Shown: positions 11,104-21,482 of the stretch, in pieces
Layout of the letters: each line of letters opens with the position of its first letter
Numbering within the stretch: the stretch's first letter is position 1
NCBI GenBank assembly: GCA_963798485.1
Contig: CAWCTR010000008.1
Location: 64,001-128,000 of the forward strand
Reading direction: 5' to 3'
Source of the DNA: an uncultured delta proteobacterium
GTDB lineage: Bacteria > Desulfobacterota > Desulfomonilia > UBA1062
DNA: 64,000 bases
Program-made: the position numbers and the translations under genes
Notes under the pieces: generated by a model
The model's database searches: none
The model's input: the letters and a program-made list of their open reading frames with translations, nothing else
Told to the model about the DNA's origin: nothing

Positions 11104-11862
11104 ATGGAAAACCATCTTGCACAAAAGACAGCCATTATCACTGGAGCAAGTTCCGGTATTGGGCGTGCAACAGCGTTAGCCCTGGCAAAGGCAGGTGCAT
11201 CGGTTGTTATTTATGCCCGTCGAAAAGACAGGCTTGACGAACTGGCTTTAGAGATTGCGGCCTTGGGTGGCAAAGCCCTTGTTGTGGCAGGTGATGCAAG
11301 TAATCAATCTGAGATCGATCTGCTTCTGGATAGTACGTTGGCCTGGAATGATGGTGGAAACAAGTATGACATTGTTATCGTAAACGCAGGTCGTGGACTT
11401 GCAGGAGGAATCCTCAGCAGTGAAGAATCACAATGGGAAGATCTTTATCAGATTAATGTCCTTGGCGCTGCACATCTGATGCGCCGTGCGGGGCAATACA
11501 TGGTTCAGCGAAAAAGTGGTGATATCGTGGTTCTCGGTTCGGTTGCCGGGAGGAATATCTCTCCTTTTAGTGGTTTTTACGGTTCAACCAAATTCGCTAT
11601 TGGGGCCATTGCAGAAGGTCTTCGTCGTGAGGTATGTCAGCATGGTGTGCGGGTTGCCACTGTCATGCCGGGGGTGGTTCTCAGTGAATTCCAGGAAGTG
11701 GCCGGCTATAATGAAGAGAATTTTGGAAAAGGTGTAGCCCAATTCGGCACACTGCTGGAGCCCAAGGCCATTGCCGACGGAATTTGTTGGTTACTCACAT
11801 TGCCGCCGTATGTCAACGTTAACGAGATCATGATCCGACCTACAGGTCAAAGCTACCCATGA
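11104..11862 (+). CDS. SDR family oxidoreductase
   Basis: TGASSGIG, NAG, YGSTK catalytic motif. Confidence 0.92.
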   Translation: MENHLAQKTAIITGASSGIGRATALALAKAGASVVIYARRKDRLDELALEIAALGGKALVVAGDASNQSEIDLLLDSTLAWNDGGNKYDIVIVNAGRGLAGGILSSEESQWEDLYQINVLGAAHLMRRAGQYMVQRKSGDIVVLGSVAGRNISPFSGFYGSTKFAIGAIAEGLRREVCQHGVRVATVMPGVVLSEFQEVAGYNEENFGKGVAQFGTLLEPKAIADGICWLLTLPPYVNVNEIMIRPTGQSYP

Positions 11863-12083
11863 CATAAGATGCAATAAGGTTAGATTGTTATCGAAGTGGG
11901 ACTGATAGTAATGTTTAAGGCATGTGTTAGTTCACATAAGATATTAGAAGCTCGCCTTCCATAAAAGTTGCGATATCTGTAATGGATGACAGCTTTTATA
12001 AGCTCGCAAAAGTTATGCTATCCAAGATATATTATTCCAGAAAGATGGGGAAAGGGTGAACAGAGTCCACCCATTCCCATTTG

Positions 12084-12227
12084 TTAGCAGTACAGGTTAT
12101 CAATCCATCGTGAGGCTTCTTTATCAGTGACCATACAAACATTGATGCCTTGTGATAGTAACACTATATACCACCAAATATCATCAAGATCGGCTGCAGC
12201 CAGTGGCCGTCTAAAAACCTTTGGCAT
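12084..12227 (-). pseudogene. parE: truncated ParE/RelE toxin
   Basis: ATG overlaps parD stop; MPKVFRRPLAAADLDDIWWYI resembles a ParE N-terminus, then unrelated-looking sequence and a stop after 47 codons. Confidence 0.7.
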
Positions 12228-12493
12228 CAGGATTTCGATTTCCCCTGTTGTGCTGCAAGGCGTTTGCGACCTCGTGCTTTAATTCCTCCTATATCCAAGG
12301 GAGTAGGATCACCGCTGTCTATACCCTTCTTTATTTCGGCTCTAAGTTCTTCCAGGCGCACGGCCCGTAGCCGGTCACGCTCGTCGAGAAGTCTCAATGC
12401 ATCTCGCATGACCTCACTTGCGGAACCATAAAGTCCGCTGTCGACTTTGCTTTTGACTAATTCTTCAAGTTGAGGGGTAAGGGATATATTCAT
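12227..12493 (-). CDS. parD: ParD-family antitoxin (ribbon-helix-helix)
   Basis: MNISLTPQLEELVKSKVDSGLYGSASEVMRDALRLL is a typical ParD/CC2985-family N-terminus. Confidence 0.9.
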   Translation of the reverse strand: MNISLTPQLEELVKSKVDSGLYGSASEVMRDALRLLDERDRLRAVRLEELRAEIKKGIDSGDPTPLDIGGIKARGRKRLAAQQGKSKS

Positions 12494-12509
12494 AGTAAGC
12501 TCCTAATAT

Positions 12510-12551
12510 TTAATAAACATGATAACAATAAATGTCAATCTTTGTTATCAT
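12510..12551 (-). promoter_or_regulatory. parD sigma70 promoter with operator palindrome
   Basis: Minus-strand TTGACA (12538-12533), 17 bp, TATTAA (12515-12510); perfect IR ATGATAACAA-N13-TTGTTATCAT (12519-12551) around the -35. Confidence 0.7.
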
Positions 12552-12947
12552 CAGATTTTATCGGCAGATAAAAAATGATGGATTAATAAAGACCCGATTG
12601 AGATCAGGAAAGTTAAGATATTCAAGAGAGATCGAAAAGAGCTTCAAGACTTATTTTGATAGGAAGATCCTCACGATATCTGTACTTTCTGAGATGCTGA
12701 TTTGCGAAACAGTTCGCGATACGATGTGGATTCTGAAAAGATTAGCTCACGAGTATAGCTATCATCACAAGAGTTACACTTTGCCCACGCCGAAGATTTT
12801 GAAACAGAACATCTACTCTTCCTTTTAGCCTTCTACTCGGTGGAGGATGTGCCTTTCGTAAGCGAGGCGGTTACGCCTTACCGGCTGCCGCTCCCGCGCA
12901 GGTGGGAACATTTTGTATTGAAGATGTGTAAGAGAAAAGATTGATGT

Positions 12948-15900
12948 TTATAATTGAATAAGCTCTTTTGCCAGCTGCAGGGTCTTCCGGCTCAAAGGGC
13001 AGCCGAGATCGGCAACAATACGATTTTTGCACCGTTCATAGGTCTTGCGCACCATGGGGTTGTTTCCTGAAAGGGCATATAGGCGCATGAGATGAAGGTA
13101 GATATTTTCTGCATAGGCATCCACTGCAAGGTGCTTAATGCAGTAATCAATGGCCTTTGAATATTCTTTTTTTGAAAAAAAGAAGTCAATGATGCACTCA
13201 AGGACCGAGAGATACAACTCCTTGATGCGGTCACGTTCCTCCATACACCATGGCTCGTAGAGATCCTCGGTAAAAAGGTCGCCCTGATAGAGCTGCTCGG
13301 CCTCAAAGAGATGATCAATAGCCCTTGCAGGATCATGTGCAGTCTTAGCCTTGCGGCAAGCCTCTACAAATGACTCCAGGTCCACCGCGCCTTCTTTCCC
13401 GAGATCAAGCAGGTAGGTATCTCCATCGCTTTTCAGATAGGCTGAAGGGAGGCCACGTTTGAGGCCAGGTTCGAGTATCCTTCGCAGTGTCGTGAGTGCC
13501 ACATGGAAGCGGGCCGAGGTCTTTTCAGGATTGCCCTCCGGCCACAAATGCTCCATGAAGATCTCTTTACTTACAAAGCCTTTGCTGCGATAATGGATGA
13601 ACAGCTTGAAGAGCATCTTTGCCTTGCTGCTCGTCCACTTCTCGGGCTTTATCTCTTCCTGGCCTCTAAATACCTGGAACCTCCCCAGACAATGGACCCT
13701 CAATCCCGGCCGGGATGCCTCGGGAAGGGCCTTTAAGATGTCAGATATGGCCTGTGCCGATTCCCGGTCCACCTGTCTCTGGAAACCAATCAAACTCACA
13801 CGGGCACTGTCGCCTGCAATCATGAAGATCTTCTGGATATAGCCCTTCATAATGCCTTTCGAAAAGAGCATTACCAGGAGTGGCATCATCCATTCCCATT
13901 CACGGGCGACCCATCCCTCGTATCCATTGTCCTGTGCTATCCGGAGACATCTTTGAAGCCAAGCAAGTGCCTCTTCCCTCCGGCCCTTAAGCCAATAAAA
14001 AAGGGCATATATCCTGAAGATGAGACAATCAAAATAGGTCGAATAAGAGTTCTCGGCATGCACCTCCTGAAGAAGCCTCTCAGCCTCATCCATCCTGCTT
14101 TTCAATATAAAAACAGTAGCAAGTATGCATTTGGCCGGTACGGTTATATATGGCAGACTGATACCTCTGAGGGCTTCCAGGCATGCATCTGCCATTTGCT
14201 CTGCAAGGTCGACTTGCCTGGAATAGATATAGATTGTCCCGAGGGTGAGGTAGGCGCAACCTTCACCAAAATATGATCCCAGCTTTTGAAAATGCTTGAG
14301 ACTGTCTTCTGCATAGAGGATGGCTTCTTCAAACTTTCCAAGACCCGAAGCATTCATTCCCGCGAAGCACAGGATCCATCCGTATGAAAAATCCAGAAAA
14401 CCCTTTTCTTTTGACAGGGCCAGACCTTTGCAGGCCTCTTCAAGGCCAATCGCAAATGAGCCGAGAAAAAAATGCGCTATGGAGGTGAGTTGATAACAGA
14501 TGGTCAGAATACGTTGACTTTGGTATTTATAAAGTTTTTTCTTGGCAGCTTCCGCCAGATCGAGGGCCTTGAACATATCTCCGGAATTAACGTGCCGGAA
14601 GCCGTGATAGAGCATGAGATTGGCATGAGACACTTCCCTTAAAACAGGTTCTTCGATACCAGGCATGAACATGAGGGCCTTTTCATAATACCTGTCCGAT
14701 TCTTCGAGCTTACCGTATTGAGACGTTATGAACACCAGATGGATAAGCGCCTCCACCCGTGAAGAAAGGCTTAAGGAGGGACTCTTTAGCAATTCTTCAA
14801 AGATCTTCTCAGCCGAGGCGAAATCGCCTCTCAAGTAGAGACCTATTGCCATGGTATTCAAACAACTGTCTATACCGTGCTGATCCTGTTTCTCTTTGAA
14901 GAGAACCAGCGCCTTGAAGAAGCAGTTCCTCGCCTCCATGAACCTACCCGAGAAGATGTGGGTAAACCCACGCTGATATTCGAGCCATGGGTGGGGATGG
15001 AAAAAAGGCTCAGGGATCTTTTCCAGAAATGCATTCATGAGCTCAAGCCTGCCCGACCCGATCAGGGCCATGCTCATCCTTTCCAGAATAGGACAGGCTA
15101 GCTCGAATGCGCCGGCATTGAGATAGTGCCGGGCAGCTTCTTCATCATCACCGCTCTCTTCCAGGATCTGAGCCGCTTGAAGGTGCAGGCGGTCCTTTTC
15201 CTCACTGCCCATTTCACGGCTGAGTGCGGTCTGTAGATATTCCTGGAAGAGATGGTGATAGCAATATTCCTGCCCTTCTTCATCCAGGACAAAGGTGAAG
15301 AGGTGGCTCTTCTGGAGTCTTCTCAGGATCTTCGCCGCATTCGAAATATTAAGGAGCCGGTTGCAGAACAACGCGTTCAGCCTGGAGAGGATGGAAGTCT
15401 TGAGAAGGAAACTTTTCAACTCCGTATGGAGCAGGGCATACACGTTTTCCGCCAGGTAATCGGATATGAGCCTTCCCGAGCCCTTGAGCCTATGTATTTC
15501 CTGTTCGATATCCATGGTATTTTTTTGTCTAATGGAATGGAAAAAGAGGATCAGGGCGCTGACCCAGCCGGCTGTCTTTGCGTAAAGCACCTCAAGGGAG
15601 TCTTCCGTCAAGTCGATCCGGAAGAGCTGCTGGAAAAACTCGCCGGATCTCCTCGGAGGTGAAGATGAGGTCATCCTGGGAGATGTCGAGGACCTCGCGC
15701 ATGGTCCTCAGACGGGAGAGCTGCAGCGGATACCTCGGCGCGGCTGATGATGATAAGATGCGCCCGCGGGCAAAGGTTCTCCGCCAGAAGCTGAACCGTA
15801 TCACGGATCAGGGAGGTGTCCTGCACATGGTGATAATCATCCAGCACGATCATTAAATCTTTCTTCGAGTTCCGAACCGAGCTCATGGATAAAGAGGGCG

Positions 15901-16241
15901 ACCACCCCTTTATACTCCAGGCTTAAGGTTTCGCCTTCCTCCAATCGTTTTGCCGTTTCCTTCCCGAAGTCAGGATAAATCCTTCGGATGCCTGCGACAA
16001 GATGGGAAAGGAAGGTGGCAAAGTCACGGTCAAGGTCGTCCAGCCGATACCACGCCGTGTCATACCCCTGTACGGCCTGGGCGATCAGGGTGGTCTTGCC
16101 GTAACCTGCACCGGCTGTAACAACAGCAACCCTCTTTTCAGGAATCTCCAGTGTGAGCGGCCTGAGCTTGTTCCGGATGATAGTATCCAAAGTGCGCGGA
16201 ACCATCAGCTTCGAGAATAATATCGGAAATTCTTTTGCCAT
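12948..16241 (-). pseudogene. MalT-like STAND ATPase-TPR-BTAD transcriptional activator split by three frameshifts (possibly sequence errors)
   Basis: Walker A AGAGYGKTT (ORF 15837-16298), Walker B IVLDDYH (ORF 15671-15886), PLQLSRLR (ORF 15592-15804), then TPR region and C-terminal wHTH/BTAD (CLGRFQV, LYQGDL) in ORF 12948-15674. Confidence 0.8.
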
Positions 16242-16331
16242 GATAGCAGTATATCGATTCGGGCAAATTAATTCACCATTAATTGTACTGTGATACAATG
16301 ATATGCATCAAACATTGAGGAGGTTTCTGTT

Positions 16332-16694
16332 ATGAGAAAGTTTGTTGCCATGTGTTTGCTTTGTTGTTTTGTCGGCTGCGGATCATTGGCCTATGCCGCG
16401 GACAGTGAATGCGACTGCAACTGCAAGACCGGAGGGTTGGGCATCAAGATCGGCAAATTCGTCTGTGGTTTCGGGTTTAAAAAGTTCAATTCGAAACTGG
16501 GATGTGATAAAAACATCGGTATTGGTCTCGGATTGGGTAGCGAGCTTCACCGGATTCAATTGGGTTTCGGGTTTGATGAGGGGGTATTCGGTTTCGGCAT
16601 CGGGTTAAAAGGCCCGGAAGAGACCACCAGTATGGGTTTCAGTCTGGGATACAACTATGGCGACTGCAGGATGGTCTGGCCCATAGAAGAATAA
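16332..16694 (+). CDS. small secreted Gly/Cys-rich beta-strand protein of unknown function
   Basis: GAGGAGG RBS, signal peptide ending AYA, alternating GxGxG hydrophobic strands. Confidence 0.7.
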   Translation: MRKFVAMCLLCCFVGCGSLAYAADSECDCNCKTGGLGIKIGKFVCGFGFKKFNSKLGCDKNIGIGLGLGSELHRIQLGFGFDEGVFGFGIGLKGPEETTSMGFSLGYNYGDCRMVWPIEE

Positions 16695-16755
16695 TTATTC
16701 CATTCTCCTTTGATTTGTTTGATATTGGAGTGGGGAGATTTGAAAGGGGGGTCAT

Positions 16756-17652
16756 ATGATGATTTTGCGTCTTTCACGGCATTTTGTACTGTTCCTTTTT
16801 GTTTCGGCAAGCTTTCTCACCGGCTGCGCATCCACCATGGCCAAAATGACGGTGGACGGCATGAAGCCCCTCATGGAGGACATGCACACTGCAACGAACA
16901 GGAACCCCGATGTGGACCTGGTACGTACCGCCATGCCGGCGATGCTCGTGCAGATGGACGGGTTCATCAGGGTCTCTCCGGAAAACAGATACCTCCTGTA
17001 CAGTGCGGCTGAAGCAAACATGGGCTATGCATTCCTGTTCGTGGAAGACACGGACAAGGAACGGGCCAAGGCACAGTATCTGAAAGCCAGGGATTATGCC
17101 CTGCGAAACCTGGAGCTGAATCAGACATTCAAACATGCCCTGGAACAGGACGATGTCCAGGTTTTCACCAAGGCCCTGAATACTATCCATAAACGGGATA
17201 TCGCGGCCCTGTATTTTGCAACGAATTCCTGGCTGCAATGGATCAACCTCTCCCTCGGCGACCACCCGGAAGTTTTGAAAGATCTGCCCAAGGTGGAAGC
17301 CATGATGGACCGAGTGCTCGTTCTGGACGATACCTTTTATCATGGCGGCATCCATGCGCTTTTCGGCGTCTATTATGTTGCCCGGCCCGAGATGTTCGGA
17401 GGGCAGCCCGAGGAGTCACAAAAACATTTCAAGGAAGCATTCGATATATCGGAATCAAAGTATCTCATCTGGCATTTTCTGTATGCAAAATACTATGCGG
17501 TGCAGACCAAGGACAGGGAGCTCTTTGTATCCACGTTGAACAAGATCATGACCGCGCCGGATGATCTCCTGCCGGAAGAAGCCTTTGCGAATGCGGCAGT
17601 CAAACAGAAAGCCAGGGAGCTACTGCTCCATGTCGATGATTACTTTAAATGA
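16756..17652 (+). CDS. tatT: TatT-family (TRAP T-component) TPR lipoprotein
   Basis: Lipobox FLTGC; DLVRTAMPAMLVQMDG, YAFLFVED, LDDTFYHGG, PEMFGG, YAKYYAV, NAAVKQKA resemble the TatT family as I recall it. Confidence 0.78.
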   Translation: MMILRLSRHFVLFLFVSASFLTGCASTMAKMTVDGMKPLMEDMHTATNRNPDVDLVRTAMPAMLVQMDGFIRVSPENRYLLYSAAEANMGYAFLFVEDTDKERAKAQYLKARDYALRNLELNQTFKHALEQDDVQVFTKALNTIHKRDIAALYFATNSWLQWINLSLGDHPEVLKDLPKVEAMMDRVLVLDDTFYHGGIHALFGVYYVARPEMFGGQPEESQKHFKEAFDISESKYLIWHFLYAKYYAVQTKDRELFVSTLNKIMTAPDDLLPEEAFANAAVKQKARELLLHVDDYFK

Positions 17653-18614
17653 ACATGAGACAGTACATCATCAGAAGAATCCTCTATTCCCTGTTGATCC
17701 TGTTTCTTGTCTCCATTCTCATTTTCATCCTGGGGAGGGTATTGCCCGGAGATCCGGTGCGCGCCGCAATCCTTTCCTCAAGAATCGATGCCGTCAACAA
17801 CGAGATCATCCAGGAGCTCCGGATCCAGTTCGGGTTGGATAAGCCCCTTCCCGTACAATACTTCATCTGGATCAAAAGCTTCATCCGGGGTGACTGGGGC
17901 GTATCCATCGCCAGCGGAGAGCAGGTGTTCCCCATGTTCATGACCAGGCTGCCCATCACCCTGGAGCTCTTTGCAGGCTCTGTTTTCTGGGCCTCTCTCA
18001 TCGGGTTTCCGTTCGGGATCATCTCTGCGCTCAGACGCAATTCGTGGCTCGACGTATCCGTAACCACCAGCGCCATCATCGGTGTTTCCATCCCGGTATT
18101 CTGGGAGGGGATTATCATGATCTACCTCTTTGCAGTGATCACCCATATCTTCCCTCCATCAGGCTATGTACCCTTTTCAGAGAACGCATGGGGCAACCTC
18201 CTTTCCGTGGCCATGCCCACCTTTATCATGGGAACCCAGGGCGCGGGACTTCTGAGCAGATTCGTGCGGTCGAGCCTGCTGGAGGTTCTGGGCCAGGACT
18301 ACATCAGGACTGCATATGCCAAAGGCCTGCGGGAAAAGGCCGTGCTCCTCAGACACGCCATGAAGCCCGCCATGATACCCGTGGTCACGGTCATAGGGCT
18401 GACCTGGGGCTATGTGGTGGCAGGTTCCTTCATCGTCGAGTATATGTTCGCCATCCCCGGTCTTGGCCGCATGGGGGTGAATGCGATCTTTGCCAAAGAT
18501 TTCCCCGTGATCCAGGCCACCCTGATCATGGTCGCCGCCAACATCCTGCTGGTGAATCTTCTTGTGGACCTCTTATACGGGCTCATCGACCCGCGGGTGA
18601 GGGTGCAGCAATGA
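17649..18614 (+). CDS. dppB: peptide/nickel ABC permease
   Basis: PGDP, GLDKPLPVQY, DYIRTAYAKGL EAA motif. Confidence 0.92.
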   Translation: MNMRQYIIRRILYSLLILFLVSILIFILGRVLPGDPVRAAILSSRIDAVNNEIIQELRIQFGLDKPLPVQYFIWIKSFIRGDWGVSIASGEQVFPMFMTRLPITLELFAGSVFWASLIGFPFGIISALRRNSWLDVSVTTSAIIGVSIPVFWEGIIMIYLFAVITHIFPPSGYVPFSENAWGNLLSVAMPTFIMGTQGAGLLSRFVRSSLLEVLGQDYIRTAYAKGLREKAVLLRHAMKPAMIPVVTVIGLTWGYVVAGSFIVEYMFAIPGLGRMGVNAIFAKDFPVIQATLIMVAANILLVNLLVDLLYGLIDPRVRVQQ

Positions 18615-19507
18615 ACAGCAATTATGAACAGAGTAACGGCCTTCTTCCCGGCCGAACCCATGGGCGGGCGGTCATACACACCCTTGCACATCACCGGATC
18701 GCATCCACAGGGATCATCATCTTTCTCTGCATCGCAGCCATGGCGATCTTCGCCCCTTTCCTTGTACCGTACAATCCGAACCAGCAGGATCTTTATCATG
18801 TCCTGGAAGGTCCTTCCCGGCTGCACCTGCTCGGCACCGACGACGTGGGCCGCGATCTGCTGTCCCGGGTCATCTATGGGTCCCGTGCCACGCTGCTCAT
18901 GGGAGGGCTTTCGACCTTGTTTTCAGCCGTCATAGGCGTGCTGCTGGGCTTGGTGGCCGGATACAAAGGCGGCATCATGGATATGATCATCATGCGCACC
19001 ACCGACACCTTCATGTGCATGCCTTCACTCGTATTGCTGCTCGCCATAGTGGCCGCTTTGGGGCCGGGCATTCAAAGCGTGATCATATCCATCACAGTTC
19101 TCTCGTGGACCGGGTTCGCGCGCATCGTCCGGGGCCAGGTGATGCAGGTGCGGGAGCTTCCTTATATCGAGGCGTCTCAGGCGCTGGGCGCTTCGGGTTT
19201 AAGGATCATGTTCAAACACCTCCTGCCCAATGTCATGGCCCCGATAATCGTCACCGCCTCTATTGCCCTTGGTGGAAACATCATGCTGGAAAGCGCGGTA
19301 TCATTCCTTGGACTCGGCGTGCAGCCTCCCACGCCGAGCTGGGGGAACGAGCTGAGAATAGGTTATTCTTATCTGGAGATCGTGCCTCTGTTTTCCTTTG
19401 CACCGGGATTGATGATAACGCTTTCCGTCCTTGCCTTCAACTTCATGGGCGACGGCCTGAGGGACGCCCTCGACCCGCGCCTGCGAGGTAATAACAGAAC
19501 AATATAA
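18611..19507 (+). CDS. dppC: peptide/nickel ABC permease
   Basis: HLLGTDDVGRDLLSRVIYG and PYIEASQALGAS; ATG 18611 overlaps dppB stop. Confidence 0.92.
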   Translation: MNSNYEQSNGLLPGRTHGRAVIHTLAHHRIASTGIIIFLCIAAMAIFAPFLVPYNPNQQDLYHVLEGPSRLHLLGTDDVGRDLLSRVIYGSRATLLMGGLSTLFSAVIGVLLGLVAGYKGGIMDMIIMRTTDTFMCMPSLVLLLAIVAALGPGIQSVIISITVLSWTGFARIVRGQVMQVRELPYIEASQALGASGLRIMFKHLLPNVMAPIIVTASIALGGNIMLESAVSFLGLGVQPPTPSWGNELRIGYSYLEIVPLFSFAPGLMITLSVLAFNFMGDGLRDALDPRLRGNNRTI

Positions 19508-19515
19508 TAAACAAT

Positions 19516-20478
19516 ATGCTGCTGAAGGTTAACAACCTGACCACCCATTTTTATTCCGACGACGGCATCATCAAGGCCGTGGATGATATCTCATACGACC
19601 TTAAGGAAGGAGAGACGCTTGCCATTGTCGGAGAAAGCGGCTGCGGCAAGACCGTCAGCGCCCTTTCCCTTATGCGGCTCATCCCCGATCCTCCTGGGAG
19701 AATCGTGAATGGCGAAGTCATATTTGAAGGACGGGATCTTCTGAAAATGAGCGATGAGGAGATCTGCGACATCAGGGGCAACCGGATCGCCATGATCTTC
19801 CAGGAACCCATGACATCCCTCAATCCGGTGCTCTCTGTCGGCCTTCAGGTCATGGAACCCCTGATGCTCCACAAGGCCATGAGCAGAAAATCGGCGCTGA
19901 TTACATGCATCGATCTTCTCAAGAAGGTGCAGATCCCTGACGCCGAGACCATGACGAACGCATACCCGCATCAGCTCAGCGGCGGTATGAGGCAGCGGGT
20001 CATGATCTCCATGGGTCTTGCCTGCAACCCCAGGCTCATCATCGCAGACGAGCCCACCACCGCCCTTGATGTGACCATCCAGGCAGAGCTCCTGGAGCTC
20101 ATGAAGAATCTTACCCGGGACCGGGGCACAGCCCTGATCATCATCACCCACAACCTTGGTATTGTGGCACGGTATGCAGACAGGGTCATGGTCATGTATG
20201 CCGGTAAAATCATCGAGAAGGCTGTGACAAGGGACCTCTACCGCACCCCGCGGCATCCCTATACCATCGGGCTTCTTGAGTCGGTCCCGAGGCTCGATCA
20301 GGATATCAAACAGAAGCTCATCTCCATTGAAGGCCGGCCGCCGGACCTGGCCTGCCTGCCTTCCGGCTGTTCCTTCCATCCGCGGTGCAGGTATGCCCTC
20401 GACAGATGCGCTCAGGAAGCACCGATACTCAGAGAAACAGACGACGGTCATGAAGTTGCGTGCTGGATAGGGGTTTGA
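19516..20478 (+). CDS. dppD: peptide ABC ATPase
   Basis: GESGCGKT, LSGGMRQR, IIADEPTTALD, C-terminal Cys-rich oligo_HPY domain. Confidence 0.95.
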   Translation: MLLKVNNLTTHFYSDDGIIKAVDDISYDLKEGETLAIVGESGCGKTVSALSLMRLIPDPPGRIVNGEVIFEGRDLLKMSDEEICDIRGNRIAMIFQEPMTSLNPVLSVGLQVMEPLMLHKAMSRKSALITCIDLLKKVQIPDAETMTNAYPHQLSGGMRQRVMISMGLACNPRLIIADEPTTALDVTIQAELLELMKNLTRDRGTALIIITHNLGIVARYADRVMVMYAGKIIEKAVTRDLYRTPRHPYTIGLLESVPRLDQDIKQKLISIEGRPPDLACLPSGCSFHPRCRYALDRCAQEAPILRETDDGHEVACWIGV

Positions 20479-20479
20479 C

Positions 20480-21463
20480 ATGAACGATACGCTTATCCAT
20501 GTAAACGGGCTTTCAAAGCACTTCCCCATCTATCACGGCGCGATCTTCAAGAAGAAAATAGGCGATCTGAAGGCCCTGGACGGGGTCAGCTTCGATATCT
20601 CAAAAGGGGAAACTCTCGGGCTCGTGGGAGAAAGCGGGTGCGGCAAAACGACAACCGGCCGGACCGTCCTCCAGCTCGAGCGACCCACATCCGGGGAGGT
20701 CCTCTTTCAGGGCAACGATATAACCAGGCTTAAGGAATACGAGCGCAGGAAGCTTAGGAAGCATATGCAGATCATCTACCAGGATCCCTTCGGGTCTCTG
20801 GACCCCAGGATGACGGTGGGCGATATTGTAGGCGAAGCGCTCCTGATCCATAATCTAACCCAAGGGAAAGGCGAATACGCCGAGAAGGTCCGTCACCTGC
20901 TGGAGATCGTGGGCTTGAACCCCGCCATGGCCGTGAGATATCCCCACGAGTTCAGCGGGGGGCAGCGGCAGCGCATCGGGATAGCACGGGCTCTGGCGGC
21001 AAGCCCGAGCTTCATCGTGTGCGATGAACCGGTCTCGGCCCTGGATGTATCGATACAGGCGCAGATCATCAACCTGCTGGAAGACCTTAAGGAAAAGCTC
21101 AACCTGACCTACTTGTTCATCGCCCATGACCTGTCGGTGGTCAGGCATATCAGCGACAGGATAGCGGTCATGTATCTGGGCGGGATCGTCGAGATCGCAA
21201 GCAGGGAGGACTTGTATCATAACCCGGGGCACCCCTACACAAAAGCGCTGCTTGCCGCTGTGCCCATACCCGACCCTGAGAAGGAGTACGGCCGGGAACA
21301 CTGCATGATCAAAGGAGAGGTCCCGAGCCTGTTCAATACCCCTCGGGGCTGCAAATTTCATCCCCGCTGCCCTCTCGCGCAGAAGACCTGCACGGAATCC
21401 AAGCCCGTGCTGAAGAGAATAAACAACAAAGATCATCTGGTGGCCTGCCACCTGGAAATTTGA
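20480..21463 (+). CDS. dppF: peptide ABC ATPase
   Basis: GESGCGKT, FSGGQRQR, DEPVSALD, HPYT motif. Confidence 0.95.
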   Translation: MNDTLIHVNGLSKHFPIYHGAIFKKKIGDLKALDGVSFDISKGETLGLVGESGCGKTTTGRTVLQLERPTSGEVLFQGNDITRLKEYERRKLRKHMQIIYQDPFGSLDPRMTVGDIVGEALLIHNLTQGKGEYAEKVRHLLEIVGLNPAMAVRYPHEFSGGQRQRIGIARALAASPSFIVCDEPVSALDVSIQAQIINLLEDLKEKLNLTYLFIAHDLSVVRHISDRIAVMYLGGIVEIASREDLYHNPGHPYTKALLAAVPIPDPEKEYGREHCMIKGEVPSLFNTPRGCKFHPRCPLAQKTCTESKPVLKRINNKDHLVACHLEI

Positions 21464-21482
21464 TGTGAATGAGGAGGTTATC

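Noticed and set aside
12532-12828. 98-aa plus-strand ORF
   Set aside because: Starts inside the parD promoter and has no recognisable features.
18044-18610. N-terminal extension of the 487-aa ORF
   Set aside because: Overlaps dppB in another frame; DppC similarity begins after ATG 18611.
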